Source of the DNA: Sminthopsis crassicaudata
Lineage: Eukaryota
DNA length: 64,000 nucleotides
Assembly (NCBI RefSeq): GCF_048593235.1
Contig: NC_133620.1
Span: 37,326,852 to 37,390,851, forward strand
Direction: 5' to 3'
The number at the start of each line of letters is the position of its first letter. Positions within the stretch are counted from its first letter, which is position 1. The translations under genes were made by a program, and so were the position numbers. The notes under the pieces are model-generated. The model saw nothing but the letters and a program-made list of their open reading frames with translations. It made no database searches and was not told the DNA's origin. Positions 38,723 through 51,420 of the stretch are shown here, piece by piece.

Positions 38723-39010
38723 AAATGGTGTCTCCCCATTTCACATAGACTAGAAGTATAACAGCCACTCACAGGTCCAATCCCATTGATAATTAGCCCA
38801 AGAGCTTTGATTGTTCTGGTTTCAATCTGGCCTAGTTCATTCTGCCACATGCCTCCAGCGGGCCTCTTCCTTTTGAGGGCTAACCACATGAGTTCCAAGC
38901 ATTCAATTGGCTTAGCTCACTGGCACTCAGAACTTCCAAGCTCATGCAATCCACCAGTTTCAGCTTCCTCAGTAATAGGGATTACAAATATGCACTCCAG
39001 TCATGCTCAG
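38690..39010 (-). pseudogene. Full-length 7SL-derived retroposon (P7SL-type) with poly(A) tail
   Basis: Body 38722-39010 (about 289 bp) is collinear with the reverse complement of 7SL RNA (Alu domain TGTAATCCC...GAGG; S domain; 3' GGGAGACACC), with CpG decay; about 32-nt T run at 38690-38721. Confidence 0.85.
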
Positions 39011-39038
39011 ATCTTTTATTTTTTAAATATATATGTTT

Positions 39039-39410
39039 TAGAGAAGAGCTAATCCAATTCCAATTGATCAGTGATGGACAGAATCAGCTACACCCAGAAA
39101 AGAAACACTGGGGAATGAGTGTAAACTGTGAGCATTGTTTTGTTTTTTCTCCCCAGGTTATTTTTGCCTTCCGAATACAATTCTTCATTTGCAACAACAA
39201 CAACAAAATTCGGTTCTGCACATATATATTGTACCTAGGATATACTATAACATATTTAATATGTATGGGAATGCCTGCCACCTAGGGGAGGGGGTGGAGG
39301 GAAGGAGGGGAAAATTTGGAACAGAAGGGAGTACAAGGGATAATGTAAAAAATTACCTATACATATGTACTGTCAAAAATGTTATAATTATAAAATGAAT
39401 AAAAATAAAT
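39039..39410 (+). mobile_element. Young 5'-truncated L1 (dasyurid-type 3' UTR)
   Basis: GATGGACAGAATCAGCTACACCCAG...TTCGGTTCTGCACATATATATTGTACC...G-rich tract...AATAAAAATAAATA; TSD AAATATATATGTTT (39025-39038) / AAATAAATATGTTT (39411-39424) at a TTTT/AA site. Confidence 0.9.
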
Positions 39411-41549
39411 AAATAAATATGTTTAAGTGATATATTTTTCCAAGCTCAACCAATGCACCAGCTTCAGCCTCCTCAGTAATAGGGATTACAAGTATGTAAC
39501 AGATCCATGCCCAAATCTTTTACTTTTTAAATATATATGTTTAAGTGATATATTTTTCCATTGCCTTGCTTTTCTCTCTCCCTCTTGTCTTTTCAAAGAG
39601 GCAATCCTTTATAACAATAACAATTTTTTTTAAAAAGAAAGAAAAAGAAGAGAAAAAAATCATCAAAACTGATCAAAGTTTCTTCTAAACAACCTGACAT
39701 TATTTCAGTGTTTCATACATAGAGACAGACCCTAATACATAGAGCTTCAACCTCTTGAAGGTAGAGATTCCTTCTCATCTCTCTTATTTGGACTTAATCT
39801 AACTTCTCATGCATTCTTCTCAGCACAGATAAATATTTATGTGCCTTATTACTCTATAAACTGCTTGAGGGCAGATAGCAAATTTTACCTAGCCTTGTTT
39901 GTTTTCCAGTGATGCTTTGGAAAGTGCTTGGGTTCTTACATTCGTTGGGAGGAAGGAATCAGGATTACATCTTTGAGCTGGAAAGGGAAAGCACAAGGCA
40001 TATAGTCAACTCTTTCATTTTAGGAGGAGGAAACTTGAGTGCCAGAATAATTAAGTAACTTAGTAGGCATCAGGAGGATTCAAAACCTTGGACATGAATT
40101 GGACTGGGTTCAGTCCTGGGGGCTGGGCCCTTTCTTCTTATTCCTTGATTCTTGACACTCCAAACATAGAATCCCAAAGAAAATCATTTAAAGCTTAGGT
40201 TTAGTTCCTGTCCAGGATCTCCCCTAAAAGGACCAGAAAGTATTCAATGTGCAATGTAAATCAAGTATAGGGTAGTTATTTGTTTCATTCACACAAAGGA
40301 AATGCTTCACATGAAGAGACTGGCCAACACACCTTAACAAAGACTTAAACAAGAAGCAGTCACTTAGGACTAATGACATACTCGGCTGAATCATCCCTGT
40401 CCTTTCTCTTTATCCTGTTTTCTTCACTGGCCCACATCTTCAGACAACCCAGGACTTAGTGCTCATCCTCTCAAAAACAATCTTCTCCAAGAAACAATAT
40501 AGTAGTTGCTGGAAGCTCCTTCAATAGAGCAGCTAGAACCAACTGAGGCATTCTTAAGGTAGCCCTCTTTTATGATCTGTTTGGTCACCTGCAATTCAGC
40601 AAAGAAGTCTAGACCCAACCTCAGCTAACCAGGATCTCAGCTGCTGCTCTGTGGGAACATTCCCTACCCCGAGAGATAGGAACAAGCATTTCTATAACAT
40701 AGTATAATATGAAAGATGATTGCACATCAAACTGCAAGTCTTGCTATTGCTTTTAAAATATATAATAAAGTTATCATGTAAATTCCTCCTCTTTTTTTTT
40801 TTACTTTCCTTCTCCCCCCCTCTCTCTAGAGATGAATACCACTAGACACAAATAGAAAGATAAATAGATGGTTGGGATGGAGATAGATACATGCATACAT
40901 ATATAGATGGATGGATAGATATATGGATGGATGGATAAGTGGATGAAGGAAGGAGGGAGGGAAAGATCCATACATAAATATATATATACATACATACATA
41001 GATGGGTAGATGGAGGTGGGAGGGAGGGAAAGATAGATAGATTAAATTATTCAATACATATTTCCAATTATCAGTTCTTTCTCTGAGTTCAGAGAACTTC
41101 TTTCTATGTCCTTTGTCAATAATTTGGAAGGTTAAATGGGGAGAATTACAAAGATGCAGAAATACATAGAGACAGAGACAGAGATCTCTGAAAGGAACCT
41201 GAGATCAATCACATTCATATAACAAATATTTAAATTCATTCTTCTCCAGGAATCAAAGGGATGCATGTGCTATGTTTGAGATAGATGTGTCATGTCACAG
41301 GAATTTACTTTGCATCTCTTTTTGGTGTCCTAGGATAGGACATGGATGAAATCAGAATCATATTCAGACAATGACATAACAATCGGGTCAGACTGCCAGG
41401 AGAATTCATGCAGGATTCTGTCGTTAGCACCCACACCTGAAAAACAAATTTTAAAAAATACTGTGAAGTTGTTTTATGTGGCATATTTGGATCCCAACAA
41501 GGGAATCTAATGTACTCATTCAGCATTTGCTGAACTAAATAAAGAATTC

Positions 41550-41790
41550 ATTGTTATTAAAATGTTTCAGATTCTTTGTGACTCTTTTTGAGTTTGGTGA
41601 TTTTTTTTTTTTTTTTTGGTCAAAGATATTAGAGTGGCTTGCCTGTTCCTTCTTTATCTCATTGTACAAATGAGGAGACTGAGACAAGTGACTTGCCTAG
41701 GGTCACACAATTAGTAAGTGTCTGAAACTGGATTTGAGCTCAGGTCTTCTTGATCCCAGATCCAGCACTCTAATCATTATACCACCTAGC
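41550..41790 (-). mobile_element. Mar1-type CORE-SINE
   Basis: GTCAAAGATATTAGAGTGGCTTGCC, GTGACTTGCCTAGGGTCACAC, CCACCTAGC head. Confidence 0.75.
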
Positions 41791-42589
41791 CACCGAAACA
41801 AAGGATTGTGTTTATAAAGTAGGAGTGCTTCCTGGGGAATCTTCTTGGGGGCATCACTATGAACTGAAGGTGACTGGATTCTTAAAGGTTTTGTCAAAAG
41901 ACTGGATTCTCTGACAGGGCCAGCAAAGAGAGAATACTTTCGCCCACGGGCTATATAACTGCCATTGCTGTGAGTGGCTCATTCAGCCACTTACTATCTA
42001 CAGTCAAGTCATCATTGGATCTTTGTTTCCTCATCCATAAAAGGAGGAGATTGGTCTAGATGATCTTCAATCAAGAGGCATTTTTAAAGTACTTAATAGG
42101 CGCCAGGAGCTGCCCAAAGACGGTGCCTTCTTCTCCCACATTGCCTTCCACCAGTTCTCTCTTGTATGTCTCCTCTGTCATGAGGTGTTTTATTTCCTCT
42201 TCCCTCCTTGAGAACACATGTTTATTCAACACAAGTTTTTGCCTTTCTTCAAACCCCCGGAGTTTAGAACAGTATCTGGCCCATAGTAAGCATTTCATAA
42301 ATGCTTGTTGACTGAATGAATGAATAGTGCCATGAACATGTTTCATGGCGCCATGAACATGGAACATTTTTAATCCAAGCCTGTGATTTCATCAGTGCAA
42401 TGAGAAAACTCCTTCTAACAAATGTTTCCTATGTTACATTTTTTGAGAGAATTGTCTGAAGCATGGAAAGATTAGGGACATAGCAAGGATAAATAGTATG
42501 TGTCTGGAGGCATAACTCGAATCCAGATCATTTTACGTACAAGGCCAATTCTCTATCTAGTATCCCACACTGCCTTTTCTCTTCTAAGG

Positions 42590-42990
42590 TGGAGCAATGG
42601 ATAGTGCTGGAGTCAGGAAGACCTGGATTTAAATCTGGCCTCAGATACTGACTAGCTGTAAGACCTTGAATAACTCATTTAAGTCCAGTTTCCTCAACTG
42701 TAAAATGGGGACAATAATAGCCTCTACCTCCCAGAATTATGATGAATAAATAATAATTGTAAAACACTTAGCACAGGGCCTGACACATGGTAGGTGCAAC
42801 ATAAATGTTAGCTAACTAACTGGTAGTGTGACTTTGTCTGATTCATTTTCCTCAATTGCAAAATATGATTAACAATAAACCTCTACCTCCCAGCATTGTT
42901 GTGAAGACCAGATAAAGATCACTTAGCAAGTGCCTGGCACATAGAAGGTGCTTAATAAGTGCTTATGTACTTTATTGATTTTTTTCCTGG
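42590..42990 (+). mobile_element. MIR plus partial MIR tail copy
   Basis: GGAGTCAGGAAGACCTGG head, TTTCCTCAACTGTAAAATGGGG core, second tail 42845-42990. Confidence 0.8.
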
Positions 42991-43934
42991 CATGACAGCA
43001 AGAGTTCAATAAATGCCAGTTGATTGACCATCTTCCCTAAAAGGCAATTAATTCCTGGCCACCTTTCTTTTCCGTGCTTAAGTTATCTTTACTGTCCTAT
43101 CACTGGACACAGACTGCACCCCCTCACATCTTCCATAATTCAGTTCTCTGAGTTCTTTCTGAATAAATCCCCAGCTATTTTCCAGAATGTCACCCCTGTT
43201 GGAATGGAAGGAACCATTGTCTCCCTCAAGAAGCTTAGGCCTGAATCATTGCAAACTAATGGGTCCTTGTGCCTGTTCATTCTTTAAGCTGCTCTTACAT
43301 GCGATACACCAGTTTATCAGGAAGGGTATCAGCAAATTCTGTGTGTTTTACTGCCTTTGGATGCCACTCGCGTTGAATTGAAAAAGCTTTAAAAACTCCC
43401 ATCCATCATTTACTCCACATCTGCAGTGATCTATATTGATATGGCTCCAGCCACCCTCGGAAATGTTTTGCCTTTCATTTTCCCCTTTATGGGAGGGTTA
43501 TTACAGTGTACTACACTTAGTACCGACATGGTTATTATGGACAATTGGTTAGAGTGGACAAAAACTGATTTCCCAAACCAAACATATGAAATCCAATACA
43601 TTTTTCATAGGTGGTTACGGACAGAAACCTTGGTTTCAGCTGACATTTCAGGGGTTTAACAGCATTATTCTAGGACTCTGAAAGAGAAGAAGAGAATCGG
43701 CAGGTATTGGAAGGAGGCAAGAGAACGTGGGGGGTTTCATTTCTGACTAAATAATTGTCAAAAAGTGGGAAAATTATTTTGGAGTTAACCCCATGAGTGC
43801 CACTGGCTCAGGGGGCCAGGTGTCAGGTAGTATTCCCCTCCTTCCCCATAGCCCAGGAACAGGATTTTTGTTTCCTGCTCTGTGCTATTTCCAACAACAA
43901 TAAGTCCCCCAAATGCACAGATTACCCAATTACC

Positions 43935-44434
43935 TATAAATCAATGATGCTACTGTCCCTGCTATAACACTGTCTTATCTCCCCTATATTAAATATTGTT
44001 CCAGATGGCATTACAAATTACAGCAAACTGATTTTTTGGAGGAAATTATATAGATTTATTACTACAAAATACTTTATACATATTAACTCCTTGTGATTAA
44101 TAACAATTACTGATATTTCTATAGTAACTTTAAGGTTTATAAAACATGCTACATACATATATTATCACACTTTGACCTACCTCAATGATGCTATCATTTC
44201 CATCGCTGCTGTAATATTGCCTGTGTCCCCTCCAATAAACACTCTGTTGTAGATGGCATTACAAATTATAGCAAACTGATTTTTCTGAAAAACAAATTAC
44301 AGAGATTCATATTACAAAATGTTTTGTTTATATTATAATACACATTGTTGATTAATAATTATAATAACATTTCTTTTGTCTCTTAAGGTTTACAAAACAC
44401 ATTATATACCCACATTATTACACTTGACCTACCT
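43935..44434. repeat. Diverged tandem duplication, two units of about 250 bp
   Basis: Anchors AGATGGCATTACAAATTA at 44003 and 44251; TTGACCTACCT at 44172 and 44424. Confidence 0.9.
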
Positions 44435-44479
44435 TATTCTACACTGGCATTTCATTCAATAAATAAAATGATGAAAACC

Positions 44480-44900
44480 CATTGTTTTCAAAATGAAACT
44501 CTACTTTTCCCCTTCTTTCAGCCTGTCCCTTCTCCAGATCTCACTATATCTAGTAAGAACATTGCCATCCTCTCAGACAACAACCAGCTTAGATGTTTTA
44601 TCTTTTCTTCTCCCTCACCTCCCAAATTTTGTCAAATTGTCAAATTTTGTTGATCCTCTCTGGGCAATAACTCTTATACTTGTTTCCTTCCATTCGCTGT
44701 CACAGCCATCACCCTAATTCAGCACTTCGTCACTTCTATGCTAGACTCTTAATTAGACTTGTAGCTACCAGTCTTTCCTCTTATTGGCCAATCCTCCATA
44801 GTTGGATTGAGATTTACCTTAACCATAGGAAAATCATTTCACTTCTTGAACTTATCTTCCTAAAGCACAGGGTCTAATCACCAAAGAAATGGCAGTGGTT
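44480..44900 (+). mobile_element. L2 fragment
   Basis: Pyrimidine-rich L2 body, CTTCCTAAAGCACAGGGTCTAATCA. Confidence 0.65.
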
Positions 44901-45774
44901 CCGTATTGCTTCCAGCACAAAATAAGATGATGGATTGATATTTGGAAGGGAACTCTTAGAGTTGATCTGTGTCTCATTATACAGAGGAGGAAATTGGGTC
45001 CCAGAAAGTTTAAGTAATTTGCCTAAAGTCATACAACTAACAAGTGACAGAAGCAGGATATGACTCCAAAGCCAGTATTTAACCTTTTGTACTGTGCTTT
45101 GGTTTCTAAAGGTCTGAATAATCTGGTTTTAGATGACCTTTCTGGTCTGATTTCATGTTATTTTTCCTTCATGAATTCTATGTTTCACTGAGGCTGGTTT
45201 AGTTGCATTTCCTAGAACAGAAATTTCATCATCCTCCATCCCCGTACTTAAAAGGCACTACTTCTTCATGTCCTCCTCTTGGAAGCCCAAGGTTCTCTCA
45301 AAATTCAGTTTTTATGCCACTTCCTGTAATCAGTCAGTCTTCAAAGATTTATTAAGAATTATGAGCCAGGCATTGTGCTAAGTACCTGGGATGCAAAAAG
45401 CAAAAAACAGTTTTTTGCCTTTAAGGAGCTCACATTCTAATGGCAAGAACAATGTGTAAATAACTAGATTGGTGAAAGAAAGAAAGAGGGAATGAGGAAG
45501 AGAGACAGAGAGACAGAGAGAGACAGAGATGGACAGACAGGCAAAGAGACAGAAAGAGAGGCGAGGGAGAGAGAGAAAAAGAGATTCATTCCCTTAACAA
45601 ACTTAAAACTTTTGTAATACATTTAGCAACTTAAGTACTGAGTCTTTTCCTAAACTTTTAATCTAATTTCTGTATCTCTAGAGTGAAGGTTTATTTATGT
45701 GCAAACATATTGGAGTCTTCTACACTCCTCATCCCTCATGAGGGCACCAGATAATACAAGTCAACAATTACAGA

Positions 45775-46040
45775 GCCTGATTAGACCAGTGGCCTCATAA
45801 CTATCCATCTGATACATCTTCCACATTTTAAAGGAGGTACTGATAAAGTAGAATATGTTCCTAGAAAGGTGATCAGAATAGTCAAGTGTATCAAAACTAC
45901 AACACTGTAAGAAAAGATTGAAGGACTGAGGATATTTAATGTGGAAAGAGAAGCCTTCAAGGAAATGTGGAAAACTGTCTTAAAATATCTGAAGGGCTTT
46001 CAGACAGCAGCAAGATTTACTCTCATTTGCTCTAAGGACC
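45775..46040 (+). mobile_element. L3/CR1 ORF2 C-terminal fragment
   Basis: ORF 45941.. EREAFKEMWKTVLKYLKGF resembles CR1 EKRRLRGDMIAVFKYLKG. Confidence 0.75.
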
Positions 46041-46234
46041 ATTCGGTTCAATATAAAGAGTTCTTTATTAAGAGACGATATATTCACTCAAACCATGTCC
46101 TTGGAATTCCAAACCAAATTATCCTTTCCTTACACAATGTTTTTCTTTTTTTCTAAATGTAGACTAATAAACCTATTCTACAGTTAAAGCCCTTTTAGAG
46201 CAGGGCTTCTTAGCCTGGTGGTTATAAACTTGAT

Positions 46235-46805
46235 AAGGTAGATAGGTAATTAGATGCCTAGATAAATAGATAGAGAGATAGACAGACATAGGTAGATCAG
46301 AAGGTAGATAGGTAGATAGATGATAGTTAAGTAGGAAANNNNNNNNNNNNNNNNNNNNNNNNNNNNNNNNNNNNNNNNNNNNNNNNNNNNNNNNNNNNNN
46401 NNNNNNNNNNNNNNNNNNNNNNNNNNNNNNNNNNNNNNNNNNNNNNNNNNNNNNNNNNNNNNNNNNNNNNNNNNNNNNNNNNNNNNNNNNNNNNNNNNNT
46501 AGGTAGATGGATAGATAGATAATAGGTAGATAGGTGATAGATAGACTGACAGATAGATTGGAAGGTAGTTAGGTAGTAGATAGGTAGGGAGATAATAGAT
46601 GATAGACAAGAAGGTAAGTAGGTAGGTAGACAGACAGACAAACAGATAGACAGACAGATAGATAATAGGTAGATGATAGATGTTAGACAAGTAGGTAGGT
46701 AGATAAATAGAAAGATGGATAGATGATAGATATATAAATGACAGATACACAATTAGGTAAATAGATAAATGATAAATAGGCATGTAGGTAGATAAATAGG
46801 TAAAC
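46235..46805. repeat. Compound (TAGA/TAGG/CAGA)n tetranucleotide tract
   Basis: Direct inspection; contains gap 46339-46499. Confidence 0.95.
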
Positions 46806-48209
46806 TCCAAATCCAGCAGTCTATCCAATATTCCACATAGCTACCTCTGAAAGTTCATCTACATGTTTCAGCAAGTAAAAAACTAAGTAATGTATTCAAA
46901 AGCATGTACAAAAAATTCTTTCCAATATTTTTCACATGCTTGGACTGAGATGTTGGCCAAGGGACCTTCAAATTTTATACTCTGGCAGAATAGAAAGTCA
47001 TCTGCTTTTATGTGATGTGTCTGCTCATGTTGTAAATTCCTATAAGTTCTCTCTTCCCTCCAATACTGCCCCCCACAACCCTGGCATATAGCTAGATGAA
47101 TCCTTAAATGCACCTAAATATCTCCTTTTATAGGGAGACATTCAGTCTTGGAGAGATGAAGTGATTTGCTTCCATTCTGTTCATTTTACAGACAAGGTAA
47201 CTGAGGTCCAGATGAGCATAATAATAGTTTTATATTGTTTTTGTAAAGTTTAAAAAGTCTTTTATACTTGTTCCCTATAGTCTCTGCAGCTACTCTCCCA
47301 TCTAGTACTGGCAGTGGCAATTTGGGTCCCCACAGGATAATTACTATATCCTATCATAGTTTAAACATTAACCTAGATGGATTGGGGTGTCTTTCTAGCG
47401 TTATAGCTCATGGACTCCCACTGGTGTGCTTCCTTCCATGATTATCAATTGATATCAATTAGTCAGTCAAACTTTTCTTTTTTGGAATGATTTACTTACT
47501 GACATGTTATAAGAATAACATAGTTGAGTGGGAATAGAACATTCCTCCTAAATATCTGTATATCCTTTCCCATAGGAACATATAAAGTCCAGGGGAAAGT
47601 GGTCTCAATCAGAGAAGTAACTCACAGTTCTTGGAGTTCTTTTGCTGGAGTCCTCAAAATATTTCTCCTTGTGTCTTTCTCCCAGGTTTTTTCTAGAGCT
47701 TTGATTCTGGCTTTCCTTATCATATCCAGGATATCCTTCATTCCCAATGGAGACATTTTCATTAGCTAGCCCAAACACAACAAATCTAAAATCCTTCAGA
47801 TCCTTTGGGGCTTACAAAGTTCTCTTCCAGACACATAGGAGAAAGGAGAAGCAAAGAACAAGGTCATGGGCAGGGCCCTTCTCCCTCCTCTTCCTACTTA
47901 AGGGCTTGGTTGGAAGGACTCCTTTCCATTTCCAGATACTCAAACCTAGACTCCAAACTCATTTCCTGGTTTTATAGAAACCCCACAGGATTTGGTTCAA
48001 GCCCTGAAATCAATTTTAACAGACTTCCTGTATGGCATCATTTCTCCTCATCCAATGGCTTTTAAAGACTTCTAAATTGATCAAGGATTGTTCATACCTA
48101 GTTTTTTTTTTTTAAAGCTTTGATTAAGTGAATAGAAATATTCAGAATTAGTTTACACAGAGTTCATACCTTTCACTATGCAGACTCTGAAATTCACTAT
48201 GGGGCACCC

Positions 48210-48213
<4 letters not shown>

Positions 48214-48260
<47 letters not shown>
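48214..48260. repeat. (CA)n microsatellite
   Basis: 47 bp of pure alternating CA. Confidence 0.98.
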
Positions 48261-48262
<2 letters not shown>

Positions 48263-49289
48263 CTATATATAAAATCTCATTTGAGCCTGCAATAACACTG
48301 TGAGATAGGCACAACAGGAATTATTATCCCTATTTATACATACATTATGAGGTAAAGAGAGTCTAAATGGCTTGTTTAATGCCTAACCCTAAATTTGTGC
48401 CAAAGAATGGAGGTGTAAAATTTAAATTTAGGTCTCCTGACTCCAATTTCAGTACTCTATCCAATATCTGGAATGCACAAGGTGACTGACAGGTAATAGG
48501 TAGCTGGTAATAAGTAGCAGACATAGGCCAAGTTGTGTGTATCTTGGCTCCTCTGGCTCAATATCCATCCATTCCCTACCCCTCTTAGAACAAACAACAG
48601 TAAAAATAGAAATGGTTGAAAAGATAATGTATGAAGCTACGCTGAGCTTAAGACATCGAGATAATGAAATAGAAACTTCTGGATCATATGAGAAACAACA
48701 TAGAGCACTAGACATTTTCTCCAATCCTGATAGCCTCATAAATCTCTCCAAAATTAGGATTATGAACCAAAAATAAATAATTCCACCTGCCCTTGCTGTG
48801 TAATATAGGACAAAAGAAAAATAACTAAAAACTCAGTGAATTAATAACAAAGTCTGATCCCTAAATCTGAAGGCACTCACTTAGCACTCTTTTCCCTACC
48901 AGGCAACTGCACAAGCTGGCCTGAGGACTTGCAGCAGAACTCAGTTTTAGTCTCTCTCCTCCTCCCATTGCCACAGGAAACCAAAAGACAGAAGATAGCT
49001 CTGGCTGAGAAGATAATGCTATGCTACAACAGTCCTTATTTAGAGAACTGAGGAACAGAGAGTACTGGGGGAGGACATTAGAATATGCATGGATCTATCA
49101 AACCTGCCTCAAGCAAAAAGCCAAGTATCTATTTGGGACTAGTTAGGTTCCCTCTAGAGGTCACTTGGGGACAAGAGACTAAGAGCAGCAAAATGTAAAC
49201 TGTCCCATGTGGAAATAGGCTGAGCCAACTTATAGGTATGGGTTTATGAGACAGTTTATGAGGTTTGCTATCAGCAATTTAATTTTTAA

Positions 49290-51015
49290 AGGAGAAAGAA
49301 AAACTAAATGAACAAGATAAAAAACGAAAAATGAAATTTCACAACAGATGATGAGGAAATACATTTTAAGAAACTATTCCCATTATATATGAACAAACTG
49401 ATAACATAATTTATAAGAATGAATAATACATAACGAAAATGTAAAATACCCAGAGTAACAGAACGAGAACTAAACAACTTAAATAACTTCAGACCAAAAA
49501 AAAAAAAAAAAAAAAATGAGTAAGCCATAAAGAAGCTCCCAAAGGAAGGAAAAAAATGGGCCAGATGGATTTACAAATGAATTTTATCAACTATTCAAGG
49601 AACAATTAATTCCAATGTTGAATAAATTATTTGAAAAATCAAAGAAGATATTCTACTCAACTGTTTAAGAAAGAAATGTTCTGCTACCTCAGCTACAAAG
49701 AATTAAAGCTAAAGTTGAAAATGAAAGACCAATATCTCTAATAAACATTGTTGCAAAGATGGTGAATAAAAGTATTAGGAAAGAGGCTACAGCAACATCA
49801 AATGAAAAACCTTATACACTCTGATTAAGTTAGCTTTACACCAAAAAGGAAGGACTGGTTCAATATAAGGAAATCCTTAAACATAAGATTGTGTTAATTA
49901 CAATAATAATGACATGGTTATGTTAATAGATACAGAAAATGTTTTTGATTAAATGCAAAACCCATTAAATGAAAAAAGCTGAAAGACACAAGAATAAAAG
50001 AAAGTTTTCCTAATATACTGAACAGCATCTAAATAAAATATAAGGGAGAACATACTCTGTAATGGAGAAAACCTAGAAGTCTTACAAGTGAGTTCAGGGA
50101 TAAAGCAAGGATGTCTTTTTTCACAACTGTTATTTGATGTAGTTCTAGAAATGTGAATGATAGCATTAAATAAAAAAAATTTTCAGGGATAAGCACAGAG
50201 GGAAAAAAAAGAAAAAATATCATTGCTTTTTCACAACTGACACAAAGGTTTACTTAAAGCATCTTGGAAATTCAATTAAAATAGTGAAACAGTGAGAAAG
50301 TAACAGAATAAATCCACCAAAATCATAAAAATATTTTTGATCAAAATATATTTAAAAATATATTTCCAACAAAAGTCAAGAGAGATAGATTAATTATTTA
50401 ATTCCATTGGGACTAACTGTAGAATGTATAAAATATATGAGTTCACCTGCCAAGACACACAAAGGAATTATATTGAAACAACTATAAGACATTGTTATAG
50501 ATAGGAATGAAGATTGATACTTAGAGACATTAGTTGTTCATGATTATGCCATTTTAATATAATAAAATTGCCAATATTACCTACATTGATATACTTATTC
50601 AGAGGCAAATCAACCAAATTAACAAGACATTTCTTAATAGAACTTAATAGAAAATAGAAAAAAAATCCATCTGAAAGAACAAAAGATAAAAAATCTCGAT
50701 GATTTTTAAAAGGTAGAAATCATACTAAAACCAGATATAAAACAACAATACAAAACAATAATCTTGAAAATAATTTTGTAGGGGTTAAAATGGAAAAAAA
50801 AGTCAATGGAATAGATTAGATATACAAGAACCAGAAACAACCACAAACAGGAGCACAGTGTTTAAGGATACCAAATATTCCATTCTTTAAAAATCACTAT
50901 TCTACAGAAATTAATGGGAAAACTGGAAAGCAATTTGGTAGAAAGTAGGCTTAGACCAATAACTAATATCATTTACCCTAATAAGCTCCAAATGGATGCA
51001 TGACCTAGATATAAA
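49290..51015 (+). mobile_element. L1 ORF2 remnant (RT region), degenerate
   Basis: [47 protein letters not shown]; 3' part TTCTACAGAAATTAATGGGAAAACTGGAAAGCAATTTGG. Confidence 0.9.
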
Positions 51016-51039
51016 CCTTTCTTACCCAGGGAAATGACA

Positions 51040-51420
51040 TGAGCAGACTTTGGCTTTTTTAATCTCTACTTGGCAGATGTGGAGGATGGATTTAAGAGGA
51101 AAGAGATTGGAGGCCTGAGTAGAAATCATATTGGGGGAAATAAGGGGACATATGAGAGGTATGAAGAGATGTGCCAACAAGAGTTACCAGATGACTGGGA
51201 TTAGTAGAGAGAGAAGAGTCAAGGATGATTCCAAGGTTATGAACTTGAAGGATTAAAAATATGGTGATACTCTTGACAGAAGCAGCAAAGTTTGGAAGAG
51301 GGATAGGATTTTAAGGAAACATAATGAGTTTCATTTTAACATATTACATTTGAGATGTCTACAGGATATGTAGTTGGAGACTTTCAATATGTAATTGGTG
51401 GTGGAGTACAATAACTGAAA
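51040..51420 (-). mobile_element. L2 fragment
   Basis: AGAGAAGAGTCAAGGATGATTCCAAGGTT, TTTGAGATGTCTACAGGATAT. Confidence 0.75.

Noticed and set aside
41970-41994. Hairpin GTGAGTGGCT-CATTC-AGCCACTTAC
   Set aside because: 10-bp stem with a G-U pair; too short for a pre-miRNA and near chance level.
46201-46233. Charlie-type terminus CAGGGCTTCTTAGCCTGG
   Set aside because: Only about 30 bp before the microsatellite and no matching right end, so not listed as an element.
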